Shown here piece after piece: positions 22,303-29,911 of a DNA stretch of 32,000 bases. Source of the DNA: Anaerolineae bacterium. GTDB taxonomy: Bacteria; Chloroflexota; Anaerolineae; CG2-30-64-16. The stretch is from NCBI GenBank assembly GCA_034433275.1, contig DAOUAT010000463.1, positions 1,090-33,089 on the forward strand. The letters are read 5' to 3'. A program made the translations under genes and the position numbers. The notes beneath the pieces are model-generated. The model saw only the letters and a list, made by a program, of their open reading frames with translations. It made no database searches and was not told the DNA's origin. Numbering within the stretch: position 1 is the first letter of the stretch; each line of letters begins with the position of its first letter.

Positions 22303-22331
22303 ATTCTATCGTGCAGAAGGACGATTGTCTA
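22303..22331 (-). promoter_or_regulatory. Candidate sigma-70-type promoter for the hdrA2...metF operon
   Basis: The minus strand reads TAGACA (22331..22326), a 17-nt spacer, then TAGAAT (22308..22303). It lies in the only sizeable (229 bp), AT-richer gap of the cluster, about 90 nt upstream of ATG 22214. Confidence 0.3.
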
Positions 22332-22443
22332 TGACGCCCGTCACCTGCCAAAGGGGGGCGTCAGGCGGCTCCTGGCCGACGATCCATGGACACCGGGCGA
22401 AGATCCGGTATAGGGCATCGCGAACTGAATACCCCACAAGCGG

Positions 22444-23328
22444 CTACGCAATTCCACGCTGCAACTTGAACGCCCGCACGGTGTTCGCCAGCAGCATCGC
22501 GATGGTCATCGGCCCCACGCCGCCAGGCACGGGAGTGATGTAGCCGGCCACCTCGACCGCTTCGTTGAATGCCACATCCCCCACCAGCCGGAAGCCGGCC
22601 TTCTTCGTCGGGTCGTCAATGCGGTTGATGCCGACGTCAATCACGGCCGCGCCGGGCTTGATCCACTCGCCCTTGACGTACTCGGGCCGGCCGATGGCCG
22701 CCACGACGATGTCGGCGCGGCGCACCTTCTCCGGCAGGTCCTTGGTGCGGCTGTGGCAGACCATCACCGTGGCATCCGCGTTTTGCAGCAGCGCGGCCAC
22801 CGGCACGCCCACGATGTTGCTGCGCCCCACGACCACGGCATCCTTGCCCGCGATGGTAATGCCAGAGCGCACCAGCAGCTCGATGCAACCGGCCGGCGTG
22901 CAGGGGATGAACTGGGGCGTGCGGCCCTTCATCACCAGTTGGCCGATGTTCATGGGGTGGAAGCCGTCCACGTCCTTGTCCAGGCTGATCAGGTCGAGCA
23001 CGGCCTGCTCGTTCAGGCCCTTGGGCAGCGGCAACTGCACCAGGATGCCGTTCACGGTCGGGTCAGCGTTCAGCGCCCGCACCAGGTCCTCGACCTCGGC
23101 CTGGGTGGCCGTGGCCGGCAGCCGGTGCGTTACCGAGCCCATGCCGGCCTCGTCGCACGCCTTGCCCTTGGCGCCAACGTAGGTCTGCGAAGCGGGGTTG
23201 TCGCCCACCAGCACGGCCGCCAGGGTCGGAGCCTGCCCGGTCAACGCCTTGAGGCGCGCGGTCTCTTCGGCCGCCTCGCGGCGCACCGCTTCGGCAATCG
23301 CTTTGCCATCAATCAATTGAGCTGTCAT
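22444..23328 (-). CDS. folD: Bifunctional methylene-THF dehydrogenase / methenyl-THF cyclohydrolase
   Basis: [13 protein letters not shown]...[23 protein letters not shown]...ILVQLPLP...DVDGFHP.NIG...PCTPAG...[18 protein letters not shown]...ATV.VCHSRT...[18 protein letters not shown] 23326..23328 is preceded by AAGGAG (the track start at GTG 23334 is less likely). Confidence 0.92.
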   Translation of the reverse strand: MTAQLIDGKAIAEAVRREAAEETARLKALTGQAPTLAAVLVGDNPASQTYVGAKGKACDEAGMGSVTHRLPATATQAEVEDLVRALNADPTVNGILVQLPLPKGLNEQAVLDLISLDKDVDGFHPMNIGQLVMKGRTPQFIPCTPAGCIELLVRSGITIAGKDAVVVGRSNIVGVPVAALLQNADATVMVCHSRTKDLPEKVRRADIVVAAIGRPEYVKGEWIKPGAAVIDVGINRIDDPTKKAGFRLVGDVAFNEAVEVAGYITPVPGGVGPMTIAMLLANTVRAFKLQRGIA

Positions 23329-23363
23329 GATCACTCCTTAAGATGTGTAACCGAGTTCGGGGT

Positions 23364-23441
23364 TGACGAATGACGAATGACGGATGACGAAGGACGAAGC
23401 TGCCCTTTGGCGTTTCGTCCTTCGTCGTCGGTCCTTCGTCA
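23364..23441. repeat. Heptad inverted-repeat element (TGACGAA-type units x5, spacer, reverse-complement units x4)
   Basis: TGACGAA TGACGAA TGACGGA TGACGAA GGACGAA (23364..23398), a 15-nt spacer, then TTCGTCC TTCGTCG TCGGTCC TTCGTCA (23414..23441). The perfect 13-bp core stem is 23386..23398 / 23414..23426. The right arm overlaps the stop codon of the TrxR-like gene. Confidence 0.6.
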
Positions 23442-24350
23442 GCAGTCCTCACACTTCAATAGGTACTCGTAAGCCGCCAGTGCGGCCTTCGCGCCCTCAC
23501 CGAGCGCGATGACCACCTGCTCGGCCGGCAGGTGGGTCACGTCGCCGGCCGCAAACAGGCCCGCGACCGTGGTCTCCGTACCGCAGTTGACGACGACGCG
23601 GCCCTGTTCGTCAATATCGGCCAGGCCGCGCACCAGTTCGCTGTGTGGTTTCAGGCCCAGCTCGACGAAGATGGCGTCTACCTCCAGGGTGCGCTGCTCA
23701 CCTTCCGGCGCCTGAGCCACCAGCCGTCGGGCGTAAGTATCCCCTTCCACCGCCACCGGCTGCCAGTTCTCCAGCAGTTCGACGTGGACGGCCCGCTGGA
23801 TGTGGCGGCCCAACGGCGTATCCAGGTCACCGTGGGTGGGCGCGACCAGGTAGAGCCGCTTGACGATCTGCGCCAGCTCGCCGGCCCCGCGCAGCGCCAT
23901 CGGCCCCGCGCCGATCAGCGCCACTGTTTTGTCAATGTACAACGGCGCATAGCTGACGGTGGAATAGGCGACCCCGCGCAGGAAATAGCGATCGGCGCCG
24001 GGCACGGTCAGCCGAACCGCATCCGCGCCGGTGGCCAGGATCACGGCCCGCGCTTCCAACTGTTTGCCGTTGGCTGTGGTGGCGACAAACGTCTTGCCCG
24101 GCTTTTCCAGCCGCACCACCTTTTCCATCAGCCGGGTGAAGTCCAGATATTCGATCTCGTTGCGGAAGCGGCGCACCAACTCGGCCCCGTTGACCACGTT
24201 GTAGGTGTCAATGCCTTCGATGTGCATGTGCGCGGTGGCCTTGCCGCCCAGGTCAGGGCTGATCAACAGACAGTTCAAGCGTTTGCGAATGGCATAGACG
24301 GCCGCCGTCAGCCCCGCCGGCCCGCCGCCGATGATGATGAGGTCGTACAT
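23439..24350 (-). CDS. Thioredoxin-reductase-fold FAD oxidoreductase lacking the redox CxxC (SxxS instead), with a C-terminal CEDC
   Basis: MYDLIIIGGGPAGLTAAVYA..., GVAYSTVSYAPLY where TrxR has GVSxCATCDGFF, VALIGAGPMALRGAGEL, LFAAGDV, and it ends ...EYLLKCEDC*. AAGGAG lies upstream of the ATG. Confidence 0.8.
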   Translation of the reverse strand: MYDLIIIGGGPAGLTAAVYAIRKRLNCLLISPDLGGKATAHMHIEGIDTYNVVNGAELVRRFRNEIEYLDFTRLMEKVVRLEKPGKTFVATTANGKQLEARAVILATGADAVRLTVPGADRYFLRGVAYSTVSYAPLYIDKTVALIGAGPMALRGAGELAQIVKRLYLVAPTHGDLDTPLGRHIQRAVHVELLENWQPVAVEGDTYARRLVAQAPEGEQRTLEVDAIFVELGLKPHSELVRGLADIDEQGRVVVNCGTETTVAGLFAAGDVTHLPAEQVVIALGEGAKAALAAYEYLLKCEDC

Positions 24351-24371
24351 GGTGTAGCTCCTTGCTGGATA

Positions 24372-24444
24372 CTGGAAGCTGGAAGCTGGAAGCTGAAAGT
24401 AGAGGTTGACTACCCAACAACAGCTTTCAGTTTCTAGCTTCTAG
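24372..24444. repeat. Heptad inverted-repeat element (CTGGAAG x3 + CTGAAAG, spacer, CTTTCAG TTTCTAG CTTCTAG)
   Basis: The left arm is 24372..24399, followed by a 24-nt spacer, and the right arm is 24424..24444. It abuts the malic enzyme stop codon (24446..24448). Confidence 0.6.
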
Positions 24445-24445
24445 C

Positions 24446-25807
24446 TCACTCCGGCGGCTCTGCGATCAGCCCTGTCTCCATCATTACTTCCGTCAGCTTG
24501 CGCGAACGCAAGATCATCTCGGCCGCGTGCTTGAACAGAGTGTCTTCGTCCACGGTGAGCCGGGCGATCCCCTGCTCCTGGGCCTTCATGCCCACGGCCA
24601 CGGCTTCATTCACGAAGACCTCCCACTCCACCATGGTGGGCAGGATGCAGTCTGGATTCATACCATCGTCCGGCGCGGCGGCAGCCAGTGCTTCGGCAGC
24701 CGCGATGCACATCTCATCGGTGATGGTGCGGGCGCGCACGTCCAACGCACCGCGGAAGATGCCGGGAAAGCCCAACGAGTTGTTCACCTGGTTCGGGAAG
24801 TCGGAGCGGCCCGTAGCGACGATCCGTGCGCCGGCCGCCGCAGCCTCCCACGGCCAGATCTCAGGCACGGGGTTGGCGCAGGCGAAAACGATAGCGTCCT
24901 CGGCCATTGTGCTGACCCATTCCGGCAGGATCGTGCCTGGCCCTGGCTTGCTGAGCGCAATGCACACATCCGCGCCGACCAGCGCCTCAGCGATGCCGCC
25001 CGCCTGGCCCTCGGCGTTGGTGATCTGACACAGCCGCCATTTGTCCACGTACTCGGCCCGGCGCATGAAGATGTCCTGCCGCTTGTCGTGCAGAATCCCC
25101 TGGCTGTCCACCACCCGGCACCTGGCCGGGTCCACACCGGCCTTGAAGCAGAGCCGGGTGATCGCCACGTTGGACGCGCCGGAGCCGATGAAGACGACCC
25201 GCGCCTCGTTGATCGGCTTGCCGACGATCTTCAACGCATTTAACAGGCCAGCCACAGTGACGCAGGCCGTGCCCTGCTGGTCGTCGTGCCAGATGGGGAT
25301 CTCGGCCTTCTCGCGCAGGGTGTCCAGGATTCGAAAACACTTCGGCTGCGATAGGTCTTCCAGGTTGACGCCGCCGAAGGCCGGTTGCAGCAGCAGCGTG
25401 GTGTGGATGATCTCGTCCGGGTCCTTGGTGTCCAGCATGATGGGCACGGCGTCTACGCCGCCCAGCCACTTGAACAGCAGCGCCTTGCCCTCCATCACCG
25501 GCAGGCCGGCCTTGGGCCCGATGTCGCCCAGCCCCAGCACCCGGGTGCCGTCGGAGATCACCGCTATGGTATTCCATTTGTTGGTGTGCTCGTAAACCAG
25601 TTCCGGGTCCTTCTGGATGGCCCGGCACGGCGCGGCGACACCGGGGGTGTACCAGATGGCGAAGTCATCCAGGGAGCGGATGCACCCCTTGGGCACGGTC
25701 TCGATCTTGCCGCGGTAGAAAGGGTGCAGTCGCATCGCGTCGGCGGAGGGCTTCTGCGCCTTCGCCAGCAAATCTTGGACATTGGGGGCTTCTTTGACCT
25801 TGTCCAT
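24446..25807 (-). CDS. NAD(P)-dependent malic enzyme (short, MaeB N-terminal-domain type)
   Basis: 453 aa. ...LHPFYRGKIE...DDFAIWYTPGVAAPC..I...NTIAVISDGTRVLGLGDIGP.AGLPVMEGKALLFK.LGGVDA.PI......FGGVNLEDLSQPKCF.IL..L......IPIWHDDQQGTA.... Confidence 0.9.
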   Translation of the reverse strand: MDKVKEAPNVQDLLAKAQKPSADAMRLHPFYRGKIETVPKGCIRSLDDFAIWYTPGVAAPCRAIQKDPELVYEHTNKWNTIAVISDGTRVLGLGDIGPKAGLPVMEGKALLFKWLGGVDAVPIMLDTKDPDEIIHTTLLLQPAFGGVNLEDLSQPKCFRILDTLREKAEIPIWHDDQQGTACVTVAGLLNALKIVGKPINEARVVFIGSGASNVAITRLCFKAGVDPARCRVVDSQGILHDKRQDIFMRRAEYVDKWRLCQITNAEGQAGGIAEALVGADVCIALSKPGPGTILPEWVSTMAEDAIVFACANPVPEIWPWEAAAAGARIVATGRSDFPNQVNNSLGFPGIFRGALDVRARTITDEMCIAAAEALAAAAPDDGMNPDCILPTMVEWEVFVNEAVAVGMKAQEQGIARLTVDEDTLFKHAAEMILRSRKLTEVMMETGLIAEPPE

Positions 25808-25825
25808 CCCGCGCCTCCTTGCGCA

Positions 25826-25904
25826 GACGACGAAGGACGAAGGACGAAAGACGAAGGGCCTTGACCTCGTTCTGTCATCCGTCGTCGGTCGTTCGTCGTT
25901 CGTC
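25826..25904. repeat. Heptad inverted-repeat element (GACGAAG-type units, spacer, CGTCGTT-type units); same unit family as 23364..23441
   Basis: GACGACGAAG GACGAAG GACGAAA GACGAAG (25826..25856), a spacer, then CTCGTTC TGTCATC CGTCGTC GGTCGTT CGTCGTT CGTC (25866..25904). It lies between the acsE-like stop (25910) and the malic enzyme SD and start (25807). Confidence 0.6.
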
Positions 25905-25909
25905 TACGT

Positions 25910-26821
25910 TCACACCCGCAAATACGAATCTGCGTAGATCACCTTGTTCAGCAGGATCTGCACCGTCTTCCAGATCGCGAGCTGGTCGGGGTCGCTCATG
26001 TCCACGGCGTCGGCGGAGAGTTCCTCGCCGGCAGCCACGGCGTCGTGCAGCGCCAGCAGCAGGCGGCCCACCGGGGTGCTGTCGTCGCGTTCCTCAACGA
26101 TGTGAATGAACTCGATCAGCTTTTTGTCCAGCGGGTCGGCGATCATGGTGTCCAAGCCGGCGCCCATCAGCATGATGCAGTAGATGCGGTTGATCAGGGG
26201 CCGCATCTCGTTTGGCACCGCGTTGGAGACGTTGCTCAGCCCCACCTGTACGCCCGCGCCGGTCACCTGCAGGATGCGCACGGCCTCGATGCACTCCGGC
26301 ACATACTGCTGGCAGCCGCTCACCGTCAGCACCAGCGGGTCGATCAGCAGATCTTCCAGCGGGATCCCCACCTCTTCGCAGCGCGGGATCAGCTGTTCGA
26401 GCGCAATGTTGACCCGGGCTTCGGCGCTGACCGGGATGCCTTCGGTCAGCATGGTGAGGCCGATCAGCTTGGTGTGATACTTGGCCGCCACCAGGGGCAC
26501 CTTCTCCAGGCGCTCGGGCTCGCCCGAGGTGGAATTGATGATGGGCTGGCGCCGCACCACTTCGCACGCGGCCTCGATGGCGCCCAGGTTCGTGGTGTCC
26601 AGGCACAGCGGCACGTCCACCACGTCTTGCACGACCTGCACCATCCAGGGCAGGATCTCGTGCCCCAGTTTCTTCTGCGGGCCGATGTTCAGGTCCACCG
26701 CCCACGCGCCCGCTTCCACTTGCCGCTTGGCCGACTCCTGGAAGAACGTGTGGTCACGGTTGGCCAGGGCTTCCTTGACCCTGGGCGACAGGATGTGGAT
26801 GTTCTCGCCGATGATTTTCAT
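25910..26821 (-). CDS. acsE: Pterin-binding (DHPS-like) methyltetrahydrofolate:corrinoid methyltransferase, AcsE-like
   Basis: MKIIGENIHILSPRVKEAL...QVEAGAWAVDLNIGP...PLCLDTTN...IINSTSGE...LIGLTM...IDPLVLTV...VGLSNVSN.... GGAGGAG lies upstream of the ATG. Its context includes cooC, RACo, folD and metF. Confidence 0.8.
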   Translation of the reverse strand: MKIIGENIHILSPRVKEALANRDHTFFQESAKRQVEAGAWAVDLNIGPQKKLGHEILPWMVQVVQDVVDVPLCLDTTNLGAIEAACEVVRRQPIINSTSGEPERLEKVPLVAAKYHTKLIGLTMLTEGIPVSAEARVNIALEQLIPRCEEVGIPLEDLLIDPLVLTVSGCQQYVPECIEAVRILQVTGAGVQVGLSNVSNAVPNEMRPLINRIYCIMLMGAGLDTMIADPLDKKLIEFIHIVEERDDSTPVGRLLLALHDAVAAGEELSADAVDMSDPDQLAIWKTVQILLNKVIYADSYLRV

Positions 26822-26886
26822 GGGTTGTCTCCTCCGTTTGCGATTGGTTTGACACAGAAAGTCTTGCCTGGCTGAAAGTGCGCGAC

Positions 26887-27240
26887 TCAGTCGGCAAACT
26901 CGATTTGTAGCTCTCGTAGATTGATGATCGCTCCGGTTTGGGTCAGAAAGTCCATGCCCAAGATGCCGTTGATCTCGAAGCCGTAGTCCATACCGCCGAC
27001 TTCGATGTCGAAATCAAACAGCTTGCGGTTGTCAACCTGCAAATAGTCTACCTGGCGACTGTAAACGAATTCCGTACCGCCGATACCGCCGATGGCATGG
27101 ATCATGTCCGTTGGTGCCTGCGTTAATCCGATGGAGGCCACCGCATCCGCTGCCAGGATGGTGCTGGCTGAACCGATGTCCACTAAAATATCGCTGATCG
27201 TAATGGATGTATCACAACAGGCAATGCCTAACGCCTCCAC
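26887..27240 (-). CDS. Small retropepsin-like (clan AA) aspartyl protease domain protein with an atypical active-site triplet
   Basis: 117 aa with a GTG start. ...ISDILVDIGSASTILA... where the family has xxDTGAS, ...IGGIGG..., and the C-terminal ...NGILGMDFL... flap/dimerisation motif. A 100-nt sample is about 52% GC, against about 65% in the adjacent acsE-like gene. Confidence 0.5.
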   Translation of the reverse strand: MEALGIACCDTSITISDILVDIGSASTILAADAVASIGLTQAPTDMIHAIGGIGGTEFVYSRQVDYLQVDNRKLFDFDIEVGGMDYGFEINGILGMDFLTQTGAIINLRELQIEFAD

Positions 27241-27308
27241 GATCAGCCATTGGTCAGGATGACTTTCCGAATTTCAGGCCACCGCATTCTACCCTCCCTT
27301 TCACCGTC

Positions 27309-28094
27309 TCAAACGTATTGTAGCGCCTCTTTCGCTTCCTTCCGCACCACATAGGCCCGATCCCATTCGTAGTTCTCATCCTCGCCCAGGATGCGATGCA
27401 AGGTTGCCGCCAACTCCCAGCGTTCTCGGGCGTTCAGGTGACCGTGCTGCGCCAGCTTGCCCAGGCTGCGCACCGCTTTGGCCCGGATGCCGGGGCTGGC
27501 GTCCGCCAGGTTGCGCTGCAAACGCTCCCAGAAGCCGCAGCGGATCTCCTCGGGCAGGGCGCGGGACGGGATGGACTCGACGAACTTGCCGATGGCGCGG
27601 GTTGCCGTATCCCGCAGCTCCTGGTCGGCCGCGCCGGCGGCCTCCAGGGCGAGCGAGGCAGCTTTGACGATCTCTGGCGCTTTGATCTTGCCCAACGCGT
27701 ACAACAGGAACGCGTGACACGCCGGATCGGGGCAGGTGGTGTTGTACTCCGTGATCAGCGGGTCAATCGCGGCCGCACCCATCCAGCCCAACGCCTGCGC
27801 CATCGCCATCTGCGCCTTAACGTCGCCGGCTTCGAGGTTCTGGATCAGGATCGGGATCACCGCTTCGCCCAGGCCGGCCGCGGTCACGATCGCCTCCTCG
27901 ATGACCGGCATGTGCTCCGGGTGATCGAGCGGGTCAATGTAGAACAGGGGCAGGATCAGCTCGCACAGATACCGGGCATCCTCGGCGCTGGCTTGCGGCG
28001 TTTCGGCCTTGATCTGCGCCAGTCCGCGCAGCAGCGTCGCCGGATCGTGGCTGGATAGCAATTCGCCGATGGCGCGATAGCGTTCTTGCTGCAT
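27309..28094 (-). CDS. HEAT-repeat protein
   Basis: 261 aa of repeated helical hairpins (...EAVIPILIQNLEAGDVKAQMAMAQALGWMG...; ...ELRDTATRAIGKF...; ...ASPGIRAKAVRSLGKL...). Confidence 0.6.
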   Translation of the reverse strand: MQQERYRAIGELLSSHDPATLLRGLAQIKAETPQASAEDARYLCELILPLFYIDPLDHPEHMPVIEEAIVTAAGLGEAVIPILIQNLEAGDVKAQMAMAQALGWMGAAAIDPLITEYNTTCPDPACHAFLLYALGKIKAPEIVKAASLALEAAGAADQELRDTATRAIGKFVESIPSRALPEEIRCGFWERLQRNLADASPGIRAKAVRSLGKLAQHGHLNARERWELAATLHRILGEDENYEWDRAYVVRKEAKEALQYV

Positions 28095-28113
28095 AGATAT
28101 CTCCTTCGTGCGG

Positions 28114-29139
28114 TTACTCCGTGAGTTGTAGCACCTTGGCGCCGCGAATCCGCCGGGTTTTGAGCTCCCACAATGCGCGGTTGGCGTCGGTCAACGAATA
28201 GATCTCCACCTCCGGCGCCAGGCCGATCTCGGCCGCCAGCGCCAGGAATTCGCTCACATCTTGCCGGGCAACGTTGGCCACGCTCTTGATCTCTTTTTCC
28301 AGCCACAGGTGCGCCGGGTAGTCCAGGGTGAGCAACTCGGCCTTATCGGCATCTTCCTTGCGGATCGCATTCACCACCAGCCGGCCGCCCGGCGCCAACG
28401 CCCGCAGCGCAGCCACGACGGGCCTCCAGACCGGGGTGGTGTCAATGATGGCATCCAGCAGCACCGGCGGGTCATCGCCCGTGTCGCCGGCCCAGAGGGC
28501 CCCCAACTCGCGTGCGAACGCCCGCTCGGCCGCGGTGCGTGAGAAGACGAATACCGGCGTGGCCGGATAGCGGTGTCGCACCATCTTCAGCACCAGGTGC
28601 GCCGAAGCGCCGAAGCCGGTCAGCCCCAGGCTTTGACCATCCTGCAACCCGGCCAGCCGCAGCGACCGGTAGCCGATAGCCCCGGCGCACAGCAGCGGCG
28701 CAGCCTGGACAGCGGTCAGGGCATCCGGGATGCGGTAGGCGAACCGTTCCGGGACGACCATCAGCTCGGCATAGCCCCCGTGCGCATCGCGGCCGGTGGC
28801 GCGAAACTCGGGGCACAGGTTCTCGCGCCCCGAACGGCAATAGATGCACGCGCCACACGCCGAATAAATCCACGCCACGCCGACGCGCTCGCCCGCCGTG
28901 TGCTGCAATCCGCCGGATTGCACCACCCGCCCCACCACCTGATGCCCCAGCACCACCGGCAGGACCGGCGGTGGTGTGCGCCCCTCGATCTCGTCCAGCT
29001 CGGTGTGGCACACCCCGCACGTCGAGACGCGCACCAGGATCTCGCCGGGGCCCGGCGCCGGGTCGGGCAGCTCGGCGAGCTGGAGTGGGTGCGGGTTCTC
29101 GTCAATCCGGCACAGGGCCGGCAGGATCATGGCGCGCAT
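28114..29139 (-). CDS. Zinc-dependent alcohol dehydrogenase family (MDR) oxidoreductase
   Basis: ...GEILVRVSTCGVCHTELDEIEG...VLGHQVVGRV... is the catalytic Zn site. CGACIYCRSGRENLC is the structural Zn site. GLTGFGASAHL is the Rossmann motif. Confidence 0.85.
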   Translation of the reverse strand: MRAMILPALCRIDENPHPLQLAELPDPAPGPGEILVRVSTCGVCHTELDEIEGRTPPPVLPVVLGHQVVGRVVQSGGLQHTAGERVGVAWIYSACGACIYCRSGRENLCPEFRATGRDAHGGYAELMVVPERFAYRIPDALTAVQAAPLLCAGAIGYRSLRLAGLQDGQSLGLTGFGASAHLVLKMVRHRYPATPVFVFSRTAAERAFARELGALWAGDTGDDPPVLLDAIIDTTPVWRPVVAALRALAPGGRLVVNAIRKEDADKAELLTLDYPAHLWLEKEIKSVANVARQDVSEFLALAAEIGLAPEVEIYSLTDANRALWELKTRRIRGAKVLQLTE

Positions 29140-29161
29140 GGATTTGTTACAGCTGATAACC

Positions 29162-29911
29162 TCAACGCCGCAGCAGCTTCTCCGCGATCCCCACCACCGC
29201 CCGGCTCATCGCCGCGTCCGCCGGCAGATCGATCAGCGGCCGGCCCTGGCTGTCGAACTCGACCACCTGCGGGTCGTAGGGCAGCGTCTCCAGCAGCGGC
29301 ACGCCCATCGCCTCGGCCTTGGCGCGCAGCGCGGGCGGGAGCTCGCCCTGCACCCGGTTGATCAGCAGATGGATGTTGCGGACGTTGATCTCCAGCTCCT
29401 TGCTCAGCCCGACCATCGTCTCGGCCGCCACCAGGCCGCGCAGGCTGGCGTCGCTCACCAGCAGCAGGTGATCCACATCGCGCGTGGTGCGCCGGCTGAG
29501 GTGCTCCATGCCGGCCTCGTTGTCCATCACCACCCAGTCGTAGCCGTTGTTGATCCCGTCCATGATGCTGCGCAGCATGTGGTTGGCCGCGCAGTAGCAG
29601 CCCTGGCCCTCGGGCCGGCCCATGGCCAGGAAGTCGAAGTCGTCCCCTTCCTCCAGGGCCATGCGCACGGCGTAGCTCAGAAAGTCCTGCCGCGTCTGGC
29701 CGGGCGCGACGCCGGTCCGGGCGTCCTCGCGGATGTCGCCCACGGTCTGCGGCAGGGGCATGCCGAGCACCAGGTGCAGGTTGCTGCTGGGATCGGCGTC
29801 AATCGCCAGGATCTTGCCGCCCTTCCGCTGCACAAGGGTGCGAATTAGCAAGCCGGACAGGGTGGTTTTGCCTGTCCCCCCTTTGCCGGCGACGGCGATG
29901 GTCGTGGTCAT
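29162..29911 (-). CDS. cooC: CO dehydrogenase / acetyl-CoA synthase nickel-insertion ATPase (CooC/AcsF family)
   Basis: MTTTIAVAGKGGTGKTTLSGLL is a deviant Walker A. ...ILAIDADP..., ...GQGCYCAANHML... is the CxC metal site. Its start shares one nucleotide with the upstream GNAT stop (TGATG). Confidence 0.88.
   Translation of the reverse strand: MTTTIAVAGKGGTGKTTLSGLLIRTLVQRKGGKILAIDADPSSNLHLVLGMPLPQTVGDIREDARTGVAPGQTRQDFLSYAVRMALEEGDDFDFLAMGRPEGQGCYCAANHMLRSIMDGINNGYDWVVMDNEAGMEHLSRRTTRDVDHLLLVSDASLRGLVAAETMVGLSKELEINVRNIHLLINRVQGELPPALRAKAEAMGVPLLETLPYDPQVVEFDSQGRPLIDLPADAAMSRAVVGIAEKLLRR

Noticed and set aside
22282-22303. TTGTG-N12-CACAA dyad as a CRP/FNR/CooA-type site
   Set aside because: The half-site spacing does not fit the canonical TGTGA-N6-TCACA or TTGAT-N4-ATCAA geometry. 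It is kept only as a generic operator candidate.
23364-25904. Short tandem repeats in three intergenic gaps considered as a CRISPR array or a coding low-complexity peptide
   Set aside because: The units are only 7 nt with no spacers, and each locus is self-complementary. There is no cas context. Plus-strand ORFs through them (for example 25819..26109) are Arg-rich shadows. They are reported as a hairpin repeat family instead.
26846-26853. TTGACA hexamer on the plus strand in the acsE-like upstream gap
   Set aside because: There is no plus-strand gene downstream. It is an isolated hexamer match without a -10 partner.
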